DNA from: a bacterium | GTDB taxonomy: Bacteria; Zhuqueibacterota; Zhuqueibacteria; Residuimicrobiales; Krinioviventaceae | Length of the DNA stretch: 64,000 bases | Direction: 5' to 3' | NCBI GenBank assembly: GCA_963674595.2 | Contig: CAXXFV010000003.1 | Location: forward strand, 64,001-128,000 | In this document: positions 18,252-27,621 of the stretch, piece after piece | Layout of the letters: each line of letters opens with the position of its first letter | Position numbering within the stretch: the first letter of the stretch is position 1 | Notes under the pieces: generated by a model | What the model was told of the DNA's origin: nothing | Seen by the model: the letters and a program-made list of their open reading frames with translations, nothing else | Databases searched by the model: none | Made by a program: the position numbers and the translations under genes

Positions 18252-18572
18252 TTACATCCATGTCTCAAAGAGTCCTGATGCCGGATCATACTCTATATCA
18301 AACATCCTCTTACAATAGCTTATGGGACATTGTATAGAGTCTGCTTCTCTGGATTGAATCCGGTCCAATATTTCAGAATCCAAATATCCATCCACAACAG
18401 TACCACAGTTAGGACAAATAATATGAAAAGCTTTTGTGTCGTTTTTTTCCTCTTCAGGCACATCAAAAGGAGCCGTAAATAACGGATTCGTGTACATGTC
18501 ATCATGATACATCATCAGGATCTCCGTCTCTTTGGCGTTTACTGGTATGATCATACAAGTACAAATCTTCAC
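18252..18572 (-). CDS. Small Cys-rich (zinc ribbon) phage protein
   Basis: CPNC and CPISYC pairs. Confidence 0.5.
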   Translation of the reverse strand: MKICTCMIIPVNAKETEILMMYHDDMYTNPLFTAPFDVPEEEKNDTKAFHIICPNCGTVVDGYLDSEILDRIQSREADSIQCPISYCKRMFDIEYDPASGLFETWM

Positions 18573-18864
18573 AACCCATGATGTTTCTGGCCATGCGAAG
18601 CCATCTTAAACGATTAGCTTGTCTGATTAAATTGGATATAATCCGAAAGTCCCCGGCATCTATTGGTGTCCGGCCACCTTTACATAAATTGTTTAATCGC
18701 CCGATGGTCATTTTAGCTTCCTGAGCAAACCATTCCCTGGTCAGTTGTTTATTCTGTGAGATACAATCCTTGATAGCATTATCAATTTCTGATGCAATAA
18801 ACCGAAACAGTTTCTCTTCTGCTGTTGAGAGTGTATCTTGTTTTTCAAATTGTCTTTCTTTCAT
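18502..18864 (-). CDS. HTH-like phage regulator
   Basis: LTREWFAQEAKMTIGRLNNLCKGG resembles an XRE HTH; first gene of the leftward operon. Confidence 0.5.
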   Translation of the reverse strand: MKERQFEKQDTLSTAEEKLFRFIASEIDNAIKDCISQNKQLTREWFAQEAKMTIGRLNNLCKGGRTPIDAGDFRIISNLIRQANRLRWLRMARNIMGCEDLYLYDHTSKRQRDGDPDDVS

Positions 18865-19586
18865 TTTTTTACTCGCTTTTTTATGTGGTTTTATAATGGA
18901 CGATTAATTTTTACACATTCCTGCAAAAATTAATGGCACTGCCCATTGAAAAAACCATTCACCCATATTATATTGAATTGTCAACTTTTAAAAAATGAGG
19001 TCAATTATGAAAGCAAAGAAAAGAGAACCTGTTGAATATACACTGAATTTAAGCTGTGAAATCAACTTTGATTTATTGAGGATTATCGAAACGGCATGTA
19101 TTTTTCAGAAAGCTTTTATTTCTTTATTGTTAAAAGACAAGAATTTCACTATCTTAAAATACAAAGGCTGCTCAGGTGCTTATGTTGATATTCAACAGGC
19201 TCTTTGCAGTGCTTTGTTAACTCCACCCTCTGGTTTGACTAGTGGCCAAACTTTACAGACCAGGGGGTTTTATTTTAATTGACCTGAAAATTCAATTTAA
19301 CAGGGATCACGGATTTTCAGGCGAGAGCAGTTTTCCATTATAGTTAAATGCTCGATGGTTTGAATGTCGTCCTGATGGATCAATTGAGTAAATGACCTCT
19401 TATTTATTATTGATTTTAAATGTTTTTTTCTTTAAAATAAAAATCAGCATAACCATATAAAAATAAATGTGTACGGTGTTTGTATCCGATTCAAAGAGGC
19501 TCAGCAGATTATAGGATCGGAAAATTAACGTGTCCTACCGTACATATTGCACCATAGTTTAATTAATGTTATTATAAGTAGTAAAC

Positions 19587-19994
19587 ATGACAATGGCAAG
19601 CAAAGAATATAATAATCATATTTTTTTTGAAAATCTTTTACATCTGTGCAAAGAAAAAAAATGGTCCCCAAACAGATTGGCAAAAGAAACAGGTGTGTCA
19701 GCTTCTTTTATATCAAAAATTAAAAATCTGGGCGCACATCCTTCAAATACTCTTTTATTAAATTTGTACAATATTTTTTCAGACGAAACCAAAATATTAA
19801 ATCCATTTTGGCTGTTTTACAATGAAGGTCCGCAATACTTGTACCTGAAAAAAGAAAATATTTTAAAATCAGATCCGCTTCAAAACGAACCCGATCAAAT
19901 TGTTCAGACTGTTAAAAAGATTCGGACCCTCCCTAAAGTAAAACAGGATTCCTTATTACAAATTATTAATGGATTTATTACATTTAATAAATAA
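19587..19994 (+). CDS. XRE-family HTH repressor (CI-like)
   Basis: WSPNRLAKETGVSASFISKIKN.. and LNPFWLFYNEGP; divergent from the early operon. Confidence 0.8.
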   Translation: MTMASKEYNNHIFFENLLHLCKEKKWSPNRLAKETGVSASFISKIKNLGAHPSNTLLLNLYNIFSDETKILNPFWLFYNEGPQYLYLKKENILKSDPLQNEPDQIVQTVKKIRTLPKVKQDSLLQIINGFITFNK

Positions 19995-20289
19995 GTAGAA
20001 ATGTCTGGCCGCTAACAGAATTATATAAAAATTGTATTAATTTCTGTAAGGACCACCCTCATAATAAACTCGATTTGTTATTGCCAAAAAACTGGGAAAA
20101 GATCGTCATATCTCATTAATTTTTTTTGTCAAGGTGTAGATCAACGGATGCATACATAAATGCTATAATGAGTCCCGTTAGCACCGATATTTAATTATTC
20201 CTTAACCATAATCTATATATCTTACTTTTTATGATAATATACTATATAAATTAAATTTAAAATAAAGCTAATGATCATATTGGATTCGA

Positions 20290-20740
20290 TATATATGTGC
20301 AATGCGGTACAAAATTTTCCGAAAATTTAAAGATGATGACAAGTGCTTGAAATAGCAGGATATTGATTGGAAGAAGAATAGGACAAAGCTGTATGACAAA
20401 TCCAAAGAAAAATATGTTCCTATGCATCCTAAATTGCGGAAAATATTGCTTTCCAGAAAAGTGCAACTTGAGGATGAATTTGATCCTGTTATTCATGTCA
20501 TAAAATAGAGAAACGAAACACTATCGGCGTACATCGGAAGAGCAATTGAAAAGGTTGGAATAAACAAACCAGGGGCCTTATACATTTTACGTCATACGGC
20601 AGCTACAACACTCTTCAATCAGGTGCACATTTGCGAGAAGTACAGGAATTTCTGGGGCCGTCAAAAGTAACAACAGCTCAGATTTAAACACATATTAATA
20701 AAGAGAGACTGGTAAAACAGCCTTCCGAGCTTTTAACTAA
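20290..20740 (+). pseudogene. Degenerate tyrosine recombinase/integrase
   Basis: Fragments QDIDWKKN..KEKYVPM, ILRHTAATTL, GAHLREVQEFLG..KVTTAQI*TH with stops and frameshifts; boundaries approximate. Confidence 0.7.
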
Positions 20741-20914
20741 ATTAAAGACATCTATATTGAAGGCTTTATTATTTTAACAAATTATTAACACAAATGCCCT
20801 ATTGTGCAATAAATAAAAAAATAACTTACACAGTTTGCCCATCGGTTTAGTAGAGCAATGGGCAAACTGATTTATTTTCATCTCTTTTTAACATACTCGA
20901 TTGTGAAAAATATC

Positions 20915-20943
20915 TTGACTTTAATTGAAAAGTTTCTTATGAA
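20915..20943 (+). promoter_or_regulatory. Putative cas operon promoter
   Basis: TTGACT-17 nt-TATGAA upstream of cas10. Confidence 0.5.
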
Positions 20944-21085
20944 TAAAAAAACATTTTGATGAGGTAGTGAGATGATGAAAATATAAGGCATTTCGGCAAA
21001 TTTTATATTGAGTCGGTGAAATGCCTTTTTTTATGCTACCTGTTTTTAATAATTTTTCATTAATATCAGATTGGGAGAATTTAGT

Positions 21086-22705
21086 ATGAGCCAGTACCAA
21101 TTGTGCCTTTTGGATTGCCAGTCGATACAGCAGTATGTGTTTGGGAGTAATAAGCTGAGGACAAATATTGGCGCATCGGAGAATGTTTCAGCGATATTTG
21201 AGGAAAAATTGAAGAAATTCATAGGGGATGATTATCAACTCGATGCCTGGAAATCTAATTCACAAAAAATAGAAATCTTTGAGAACAAAAATATGCTGGT
21301 TGATATTGGCTATATTGGCGGTGGCAATGCGCTGATGATCTTTCGCAAAAGCGATAAGGATAATCCGGCACAAGATTTTGTTCAAAAATGGAGCCGTCAA
21401 GTGTTGATTGATTTTCCAGGAATTGTACCGGCGGCTGCGATTGGGAATTTATTTAATAAACCAAGTGATGGTAAAATCACGAACGCCATGCTTTCCTCCT
21501 TGTTTCGCCATATTAGTGTGAAGAAAAATCAGTTTGTACCCATAACGACATTACCACGTCATGGTATTACAGCAGAATGCAAGGTCACGGGATTGTCAGT
21601 AGAGAAATTTGACGACGAAAACAAGTCAAAGAAGTGGGTTTCTTCAGTTAATATTGCAAAAACACGGGCTGCTGCTACGTTAATGAAAAAAGAATTCACT
21701 GATGATGAAAAAACCGGTTTGTTTAAGGAATGTAAAAATCCAGATTATCGCTTTTCACATACTGAAGAAAAACTCGGGCAAACCGAAGCTCACAACCATA
21801 TTGCTATTGTGCACATTGACGGCAACAGCATGGGAAATCAATTTCAGCAATGCAAAGATTTAGCGGAACGACGTCATCTTTCTAAAGCTGTTGAGAATCA
21901 AATCCAAACAGCATGGAATAATACGGCTCTTGGATTGACAGGTGAAATGGAAGAACTCTTGAGAAATAAAATTATAAAGTCGGAGCATCATAAAAAATAT
22001 GAGTTACTCCCTTTGCGAAAAATTATTCTCAATGGCGATGATCTCACTTTTGCCTGTAACGCTCAATTAGCCTTTTGGTTGACGGAAAAATTGATTGAGA
22101 AACTGTGCGGATTTGAGTTGGATATTGATGAGGCCGGAAAACCTATCCGTATGTCTGCTTGTGCTGGAATCGCCATTGTCAAAACAAAATTTCCGTTTTA
22201 TCGTGCTTATAATCTTGCCGAAGAACTGTGTCGTAACGCCAAAACAAAGGCTCGTGAGAAAAAAGAATCCTGGCTCGATTTCGAAATAGTCTATGGCGGT
22301 CTTTCCGGTAATTTAAAGCAAATTCGAGAAAAAAAGTACAAAATAGGGAATGAAGAATTAATCTCCCGACCATGGCGAGTGCTTGATGACAAAGGCAAAA
22401 CTGTTAACACTGCTTACAATGACTGGGGCTGTTTAAAAAATTCTGCACAAGAATTCTATACTACTGATGGACAAGGAAAAAGCAGATGGCCCCGCTCTAA
22501 ACAAAAAGAATTGTTGCAGCGCATGGCTCGGGGTATTGAATCGTTTAAAGATTACGAACTTGTTCTCAGTGCACGAGAACTAAATTTACCATTCCAATGT
22601 GAATCTAATCTTAAAGATTGGCAGAAGCTACAATTTTATTATGATACATTACAGGCGAGTGAATTTTATCCCGATATTTTATTAAAGGGAGGCACCAATG
22701 GCTAA
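21086..22705 (+). CDS. cas10: Cas10, type III-D (no HD domain; palm motif NGDD)
   Basis: SIQQYVF.SNKL..NIGAS, YIGGGN, IAIVHIDGNSMG, ILNGDDLTF, SACAGIAIVKTKFPFYRAY.LAEELC. Confidence 0.92.
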   Translation: MSQYQLCLLDCQSIQQYVFGSNKLRTNIGASENVSAIFEEKLKKFIGDDYQLDAWKSNSQKIEIFENKNMLVDIGYIGGGNALMIFRKSDKDNPAQDFVQKWSRQVLIDFPGIVPAAAIGNLFNKPSDGKITNAMLSSLFRHISVKKNQFVPITTLPRHGITAECKVTGLSVEKFDDENKSKKWVSSVNIAKTRAAATLMKKEFTDDEKTGLFKECKNPDYRFSHTEEKLGQTEAHNHIAIVHIDGNSMGNQFQQCKDLAERRHLSKAVENQIQTAWNNTALGLTGEMEELLRNKIIKSEHHKKYELLPLRKIILNGDDLTFACNAQLAFWLTEKLIEKLCGFELDIDEAGKPIRMSACAGIAIVKTKFPFYRAYNLAEELCRNAKTKAREKKESWLDFEIVYGGLSGNLKQIREKKYKIGNEELISRPWRVLDDKGKTVNTAYNDWGCLKNSAQEFYTTDGQGKSRWPRSKQKELLQRMARGIESFKDYELVLSARELNLPFQCESNLKDWQKLQFYYDTLQASEFYPDILLKGGTNG

Positions 22706-23477
22706 TTACACACTAAAAATAGAATGTAATTCTGCGGTCTGTCCGGCCTCCGGCGAAACCTGGGGTGGTGTCGTTGATAATGACGTGATCTACGACGATA
22801 TTGGCATTCCCTTCATACCAGCCAAACGACTCAAGGGGCTGCTGGTTGAAAGTGCAATGGATGTCTGTTATGCGATGCAAAAGATTGCACGAGATGAAAA
22901 AAAAGAGAACTGGAATGTCAAAAACATGTTTGATCTTTTTGGACTTGATGGAAATCAAGAACCAGCTCCAATAATTATTGATGACGCTAAAATTGATCAA
23001 TATGATGAAAAACGTGCATGGCTGGCCTGGGCACAAAATAATGTACGTGATCTTGCTTCACCAATGCAAGTATTGTCACTTTTTACAACACTCCGTGCAC
23101 AAACATCCATTGGATGTGATGATAATAATGAAAAAAAAGCTGAGGATGAAATTTTGTTAGATTACAAAGATAGCCATGCCGGGGAAAAAAGTGATGATGA
23201 TTTCAATCTTGCCGGTATCTCTAAACCTCACAGCCTGAGAGTGCAAAGAGTATTGCGACGAGGACTGGTCTTTGAATCAAAGATTCAAATCACTGAAAAT
23301 ATAAACAAACAAGGTATGGAATATAAATCTTTATTGGTGTTAGCTGCCGCAGCGACACAACATATAGGCCTTAATCGCAATCGTGGCATGGGAGACGTCA
23401 CAATGCGACTGTTGGAAAATAGCAGCCCAATAGATGTTAAAGTTATACTAAACAGGGAGGTGTCACATGTCAGATAA
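22698..23477 (+). CDS. cas7: Cas7-group RAMP (Csm3-like)
   Basis: D.DVIYDDIGIPFIPAKRLKGLL; G-rich loop IGLNRNRGMG. Confidence 0.85.
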   Translation: MANYTLKIECNSAVCPASGETWGGVVDNDVIYDDIGIPFIPAKRLKGLLVESAMDVCYAMQKIARDEKKENWNVKNMFDLFGLDGNQEPAPIIIDDAKIDQYDEKRAWLAWAQNNVRDLASPMQVLSLFTTLRAQTSIGCDDNNEKKAEDEILLDYKDSHAGEKSDDDFNLAGISKPHSLRVQRVLRRGLVFESKIQITENINKQGMEYKSLLVLAAAATQHIGLNRNRGMGDVTMRLLENSSPIDVKVILNREVSHVR

Positions 23478-25302
23478 TACATTATATCAACTCCCATTAA
23501 CAATCGAACTCAAAGCACCGACGCTTTTTGCTAATACAGTCGGCGATGAAAATATGATTTGTAGTGTGGACTATATTCCCGGTTCGGTGTTGCTTGGAGC
23601 TTTTGCCGGAATGTATATAAAAAAACACGGTTCAGTTGATCACTCAGATACAGATAAATTTAGTCAGTTTGCCACTCTTTTCCTAAAAGATCAAGTGCGG
23701 TTTTTAAACGGATACATACAAATAGAAAAAACTATTCAGCCAGACAGCGAGGAAACTGAATTTAATCAGGAACCTGTAACAGTCTATAAACGATCCTTAC
23801 CTGTCCCACTATCCATCCAGTATGGCAAGAAGGAAAAAGCGCCTGCTGAGGAAAAGCTTTTTCGACAAGCAAAGGGTGAAAATGGCAAATTGGAGCTCGT
23901 AACCTTTAATTATCTTTTAAAAGAACCATCGGAAATGACAGAAAATTCTGACAGTCCTCAAAATGGAGTCGAGCCGACCAAGTACTATGGAGGATATTGT
24001 TTGCTTGAGACAGATGGTGAATTATTAACTATAACGACAGCCAATGTTGCCAGGCAATATCAGATACATCACAAACGTACTAACCAGCGTGCAGGACGCA
24101 GTACTGATGCAGAGATTTATAATTACGAATCGATTTTGCCAAGACAAATTTTTAAAGCAATTGTTGTTGGACCGAACGAAAAGCTCAATGAATTGAAAAC
24201 ACTTTTACAGGAAAATGACAATATCATGCGCCTTGGCCGTTCACGACACACACAATATGGTAATGCAGAGGTGATTGCCGGTAATATTAAGCCATATCAG
24301 GATGAAACTGACTTTTTACAAACGACTAGGTCTTTAAAAAATCAGTTTATCCTTACTTGTACGTCTGATGTGGTTTTTGACCAATCAATAACAAAAATTT
24401 GCATTGAAGAAATAACCCAAATGATAAAAACAGCTCTCAGTCCGAAAGATACAGATTTAAAATGTCTTAACGCATTTTTCAAAATCAACACCGTTGAACG
24501 ATATAATGCCACATGGAAAGCACGAACACCATCACAGTTCTATCTTGTTAAGGGAAGCTGTTTCGTTTTTGAACTCAATCCGGGTATGAACAATGATTTT
24601 GAATCGGCGTTTGAGAAAATACAACAAAATGGGATCGGCCTCCGTCGCAATGAAGGTTATGGGCGTGTTTTAATAAACTGGCAGGGATTACCGTTGGCCG
24701 AGGATTTCGAAGGTAAAACAAATACACTGGAAGAACCTGAGGGCGGAGTTGCACCCGACACGGTTTTGCCTCTGCTACAAGGTCTATTAAAACAATGGCT
24801 GGTAGAAAAGGCCCAAGTTTATGCATCAAAAATCGTTGAAAAAGAGACGGATGATAAAGGATTTACGAAACTCACATCAACCCAATTGAACAAGTTGAAG
24901 CGAATGGCTCTTGATGCGAAAGATTTTAGCGATTTCAAACCCAAAATTGGCCAGTTAACCAACAAAGGCGATCTGGAAAATATATATTTCCAAAATATGT
25001 CATTCTACAATTTCTTATGCTTTGATCATTTTGCGTGCTTGAAAGAGAGCAATTGGATAGAAAACGACAAGGATACGATGTTTTCTTTTAAAATTATTGA
25101 GCATAGCAATAATAATGATGAATTAAAAAAAATTTTAAAGCACGCAAATAGTACAGCATTTTTACAAAATGCAAAGTTGCAGAAATCCCTGTTTCAAACT
25201 TTTTACGACACCCTCTTTACACTTTTGGACAAATCCACTAATAAGAATATCAAGCAAAAAAATATGAGGGAAAAAACAAGGGGGGAGAAAAATCATGAAT
25301 AA
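23467..25302 (+). CDS. csx10: Csx10 (Cas5-group RAMP fusion) of type III-D
   Basis: DYIPGSVLLGA, RLGRSR..QYG, GIGLRRNEGYGRV plus helical C-terminus. Confidence 0.8.
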   Translation: MSDNTLYQLPLTIELKAPTLFANTVGDENMICSVDYIPGSVLLGAFAGMYIKKHGSVDHSDTDKFSQFATLFLKDQVRFLNGYIQIEKTIQPDSEETEFNQEPVTVYKRSLPVPLSIQYGKKEKAPAEEKLFRQAKGENGKLELVTFNYLLKEPSEMTENSDSPQNGVEPTKYYGGYCLLETDGELLTITTANVARQYQIHHKRTNQRAGRSTDAEIYNYESILPRQIFKAIVVGPNEKLNELKTLLQENDNIMRLGRSRHTQYGNAEVIAGNIKPYQDETDFLQTTRSLKNQFILTCTSDVVFDQSITKICIEEITQMIKTALSPKDTDLKCLNAFFKINTVERYNATWKARTPSQFYLVKGSCFVFELNPGMNNDFESAFEKIQQNGIGLRRNEGYGRVLINWQGLPLAEDFEGKTNTLEEPEGGVAPDTVLPLLQGLLKQWLVEKAQVYASKIVEKETDDKGFTKLTSTQLNKLKRMALDAKDFSDFKPKIGQLTNKGDLENIYFQNMSFYNFLCFDHFACLKESNWIENDKDTMFSFKIIEHSNNNDELKKILKHANSTAFLQNAKLQKSLFQTFYDTLFTLLDKSTNKNIKQKNMREKTRGEKNHE

Positions 25303-26962
25303 AATAGAAAGAATTTTGGAAAATAAAAAGTACCACCTTGTCGGCAAAATTTATATCAGCGCCGATTTTGAATTAAAAAGTCCTCTGCTCATCGGTTCAG
25401 GTGAATCTGAACATTCCGACATTGATATAATTCGAGATATACCATTTGAAGGCGAATCACAGCCGATGATTCCTGCGACATCCATCATTGGCGTGTTTCG
25501 GCATCTGTTTGATCGGCTTTTCACCAAAGAACAAAAAATAATGCTGTCCGGATCAAATGAAAATAAAGTGGATGTACGTGACGCTTTATATGAATTTTTT
25601 GGCGTTTCAGATGATATGAACGACAAGACTTTGAAATGGTTACGATATAACGAGAAAAAAGAAAAGTGGAATTTGAATCAAAGCGCTCTAATAATGCGAG
25701 ATATTATTTTGGATCAAGCCAAGTACCAGGTTACCCAGCGTGACAGCGTTCGTATCGACCCGAGAACCGGCACAGCTATGGAACATGCCAAATTTGATTA
25801 CGAAATTGTTGAGCCGCCAAAGGAAAGAAAAGATGGCAAAGAAGCACCGGTTACCATGACTTTTGAAATCAATCTACGAAATAAAATCGAAGCCGATTAT
25901 AATAAATTGTTCAAAACCTTTGTCGGTTATTTTTTGCAGGAAATTGATGGTGGCCATATCCGATTCGGCGCTAAAACCAACAAGGGATTCGGGCGGTTGA
26001 AATTGATCCCGGGTTCGATTAGAATAGAGCAACTCAATTTGGAAACAGCAGACGATCTTAAAAAGTGGTTGACCAACAGAATTTTTCAGGTGGAACCGGA
26101 AGAAAAAGCGTCAAATGTTGTTGACATCAATGCTCTCAAAGGCGGCATCAAGCTTGATCTCTATACAAAGACTTTTACAATTGATGCAGAGTTTCGAATT
26201 AAAAATTCAATGCTGGTACGTTCTTATTCCACAGATCCAAAGGCACCTGATGTATCCCACATTCAGCGAAATGGTCACTATATTCTCCCCGGCACCTCAA
26301 TCATGGGGGCTATTCGTCATCGGGCGTGGAAAATTATCAATACTATGTTTGAAGATGCAGAGAACAAAAAAGATAAATTTTACAAATTGTTCGGATATGT
26401 CTATACCCATGATGAATATCCAGAATTCCCAGCAAACTTTTTTAAACGTGATGAAAATGGAAAATTGGTTATTAAGCACCCTGCAAGAAAAGGACGTGTG
26501 ACGGTTAACGAGACCATCATTGAAAATCAAAAACAGAGCATCGTCGATCAAATCCAAACCCGCATAAAAATCGATCGCTTTACCGGCGGAACAATTGCCG
26601 GTGCCTTGCTGCAGGAACTGGCCCTGTGGCAAAAAGATGACGAGTCAGTGATTAACATCAACCTGCATATCAAGGATTATACAGACTGGGAGCCGGCACT
26701 GTTTATGTTCATCCTCAAAGACCTTGTCACCGGCGATTTGCCCATTGGCGGTGAAAAGAGTATTGGGCGTGGGGTGTTGATTGGCAATAAAGCGACAGTA
26801 TCCTGGACTGACCGGTCGGAGCCAATTGACCTGGAATTTGACCAGAGTGGTTTCGTGATAGAAAAGGATCAGCAAGAGTTGAAAAAGTTTGATAATTTTA
26901 TGGAAGCCTGGCGTAAGGTGCGTGAAGAGAAAACGACCAGCGGAGGTGACAAAAATGAATAG
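25295..26962 (+). CDS. cas7: Double Cas7 RAMP
   Basis: Two RAMP units: PMIPATSIIG...GAKTNKGFG and ILPGTSIMG...IDRFTGG...IGGEKSIGRG. Confidence 0.88.
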   Translation: MNKIERILENKKYHLVGKIYISADFELKSPLLIGSGESEHSDIDIIRDIPFEGESQPMIPATSIIGVFRHLFDRLFTKEQKIMLSGSNENKVDVRDALYEFFGVSDDMNDKTLKWLRYNEKKEKWNLNQSALIMRDIILDQAKYQVTQRDSVRIDPRTGTAMEHAKFDYEIVEPPKERKDGKEAPVTMTFEINLRNKIEADYNKLFKTFVGYFLQEIDGGHIRFGAKTNKGFGRLKLIPGSIRIEQLNLETADDLKKWLTNRIFQVEPEEKASNVVDINALKGGIKLDLYTKTFTIDAEFRIKNSMLVRSYSTDPKAPDVSHIQRNGHYILPGTSIMGAIRHRAWKIINTMFEDAENKKDKFYKLFGYVYTHDEYPEFPANFFKRDENGKLVIKHPARKGRVTVNETIIENQKQSIVDQIQTRIKIDRFTGGTIAGALLQELALWQKDDESVININLHIKDYTDWEPALFMFILKDLVTGDLPIGGEKSIGRGVLIGNKATVSWTDRSEPIDLEFDQSGFVIEKDQQELKKFDNFMEAWRKVREEKTTSGGDKNE

Positions 26963-27620
26963 TAATAATAAAGCTAATGGGCTGACGCTGATTACACTAA
27001 AAACCGAAAAAATGACAGGCCTTCTTGATTCATGGCCCGAGATAAAAGACAGGCTGGGGGACTCTGCTAAATACGTTGTTTTTTATTTTGATTACGGAAT
27101 AAGATTCGGCGTACAAAATGGCGATAAGATATTTTTTCAGGAGGGACCTGCCGAGATTGAGAAACTGCAACTCGATTATTTGCAATTAGCTCGATTTTTT
27201 GACAAGAATATGGAATTGAAAATCTGGCGTGATGGTGAAAGGAAACACCATTATAGGAGTTATCACGATTCTCCCGATAATGGTGGAAAAACCGAAATTG
27301 TTGAAGCAAAGCAAATATTATGGGGCACTCGTGCGTGCTCAACGACCATGGATGTACCTGATTCATTTACAATTAACGATAAAACATTCTCTCAAATCTA
27401 CTGGATAAATCTAACCGAAGATCGTGGCACCGAGTTGGTAATCCCTTTTCATGAGCCATTCAATATCCCTGAGAAAACTGACCACCCGAGGCTTGCAGTA
27501 AAAACCTATAATTACATTGACTATTTGGAAAACGGACTGGCGACCTATGTAGATAGCCGGTTTGTGGATATAGAAACAGTTTCGGAATATTCCTCAAAAT
27601 CAAAAATGGAGGATAAATAA
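26955..27620 (+). CDS. csx19: Csx19
   Basis: ARFFD...ELKIWR, QILWGT, YIDY..NG...YVDSRF; type III-D position; RBS GGAGG before ATG 26955. Confidence 0.8.
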   Translation: MNSNNKANGLTLITLKTEKMTGLLDSWPEIKDRLGDSAKYVVFYFDYGIRFGVQNGDKIFFQEGPAEIEKLQLDYLQLARFFDKNMELKIWRDGERKHHYRSYHDSPDNGGKTEIVEAKQILWGTRACSTTMDVPDSFTINDKTFSQIYWINLTEDRGTELVIPFHEPFNIPEKTDHPRLAVKTYNYIDYLENGLATYVDSRFVDIETVSEYSSKSKMEDK

Positions 27621-27621
27621 A

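Larger units (their letters stand above)
13981..20740 (-). mobile_element. Defective prophage-like early region (unit 1)
   Basis: SSB, Rad52-like annealase, RuvC-like pair, HTH regulators, divergent repressor, integrase relic; paralogous to 58236-59435. Confidence 0.75.

Noticed and set aside
18995-19282. 95-aa plus-strand ORF between the early operon and the repressor
   Set aside because: No recognisable motif and its 3' end runs through a terminator-like hairpin; not supportable
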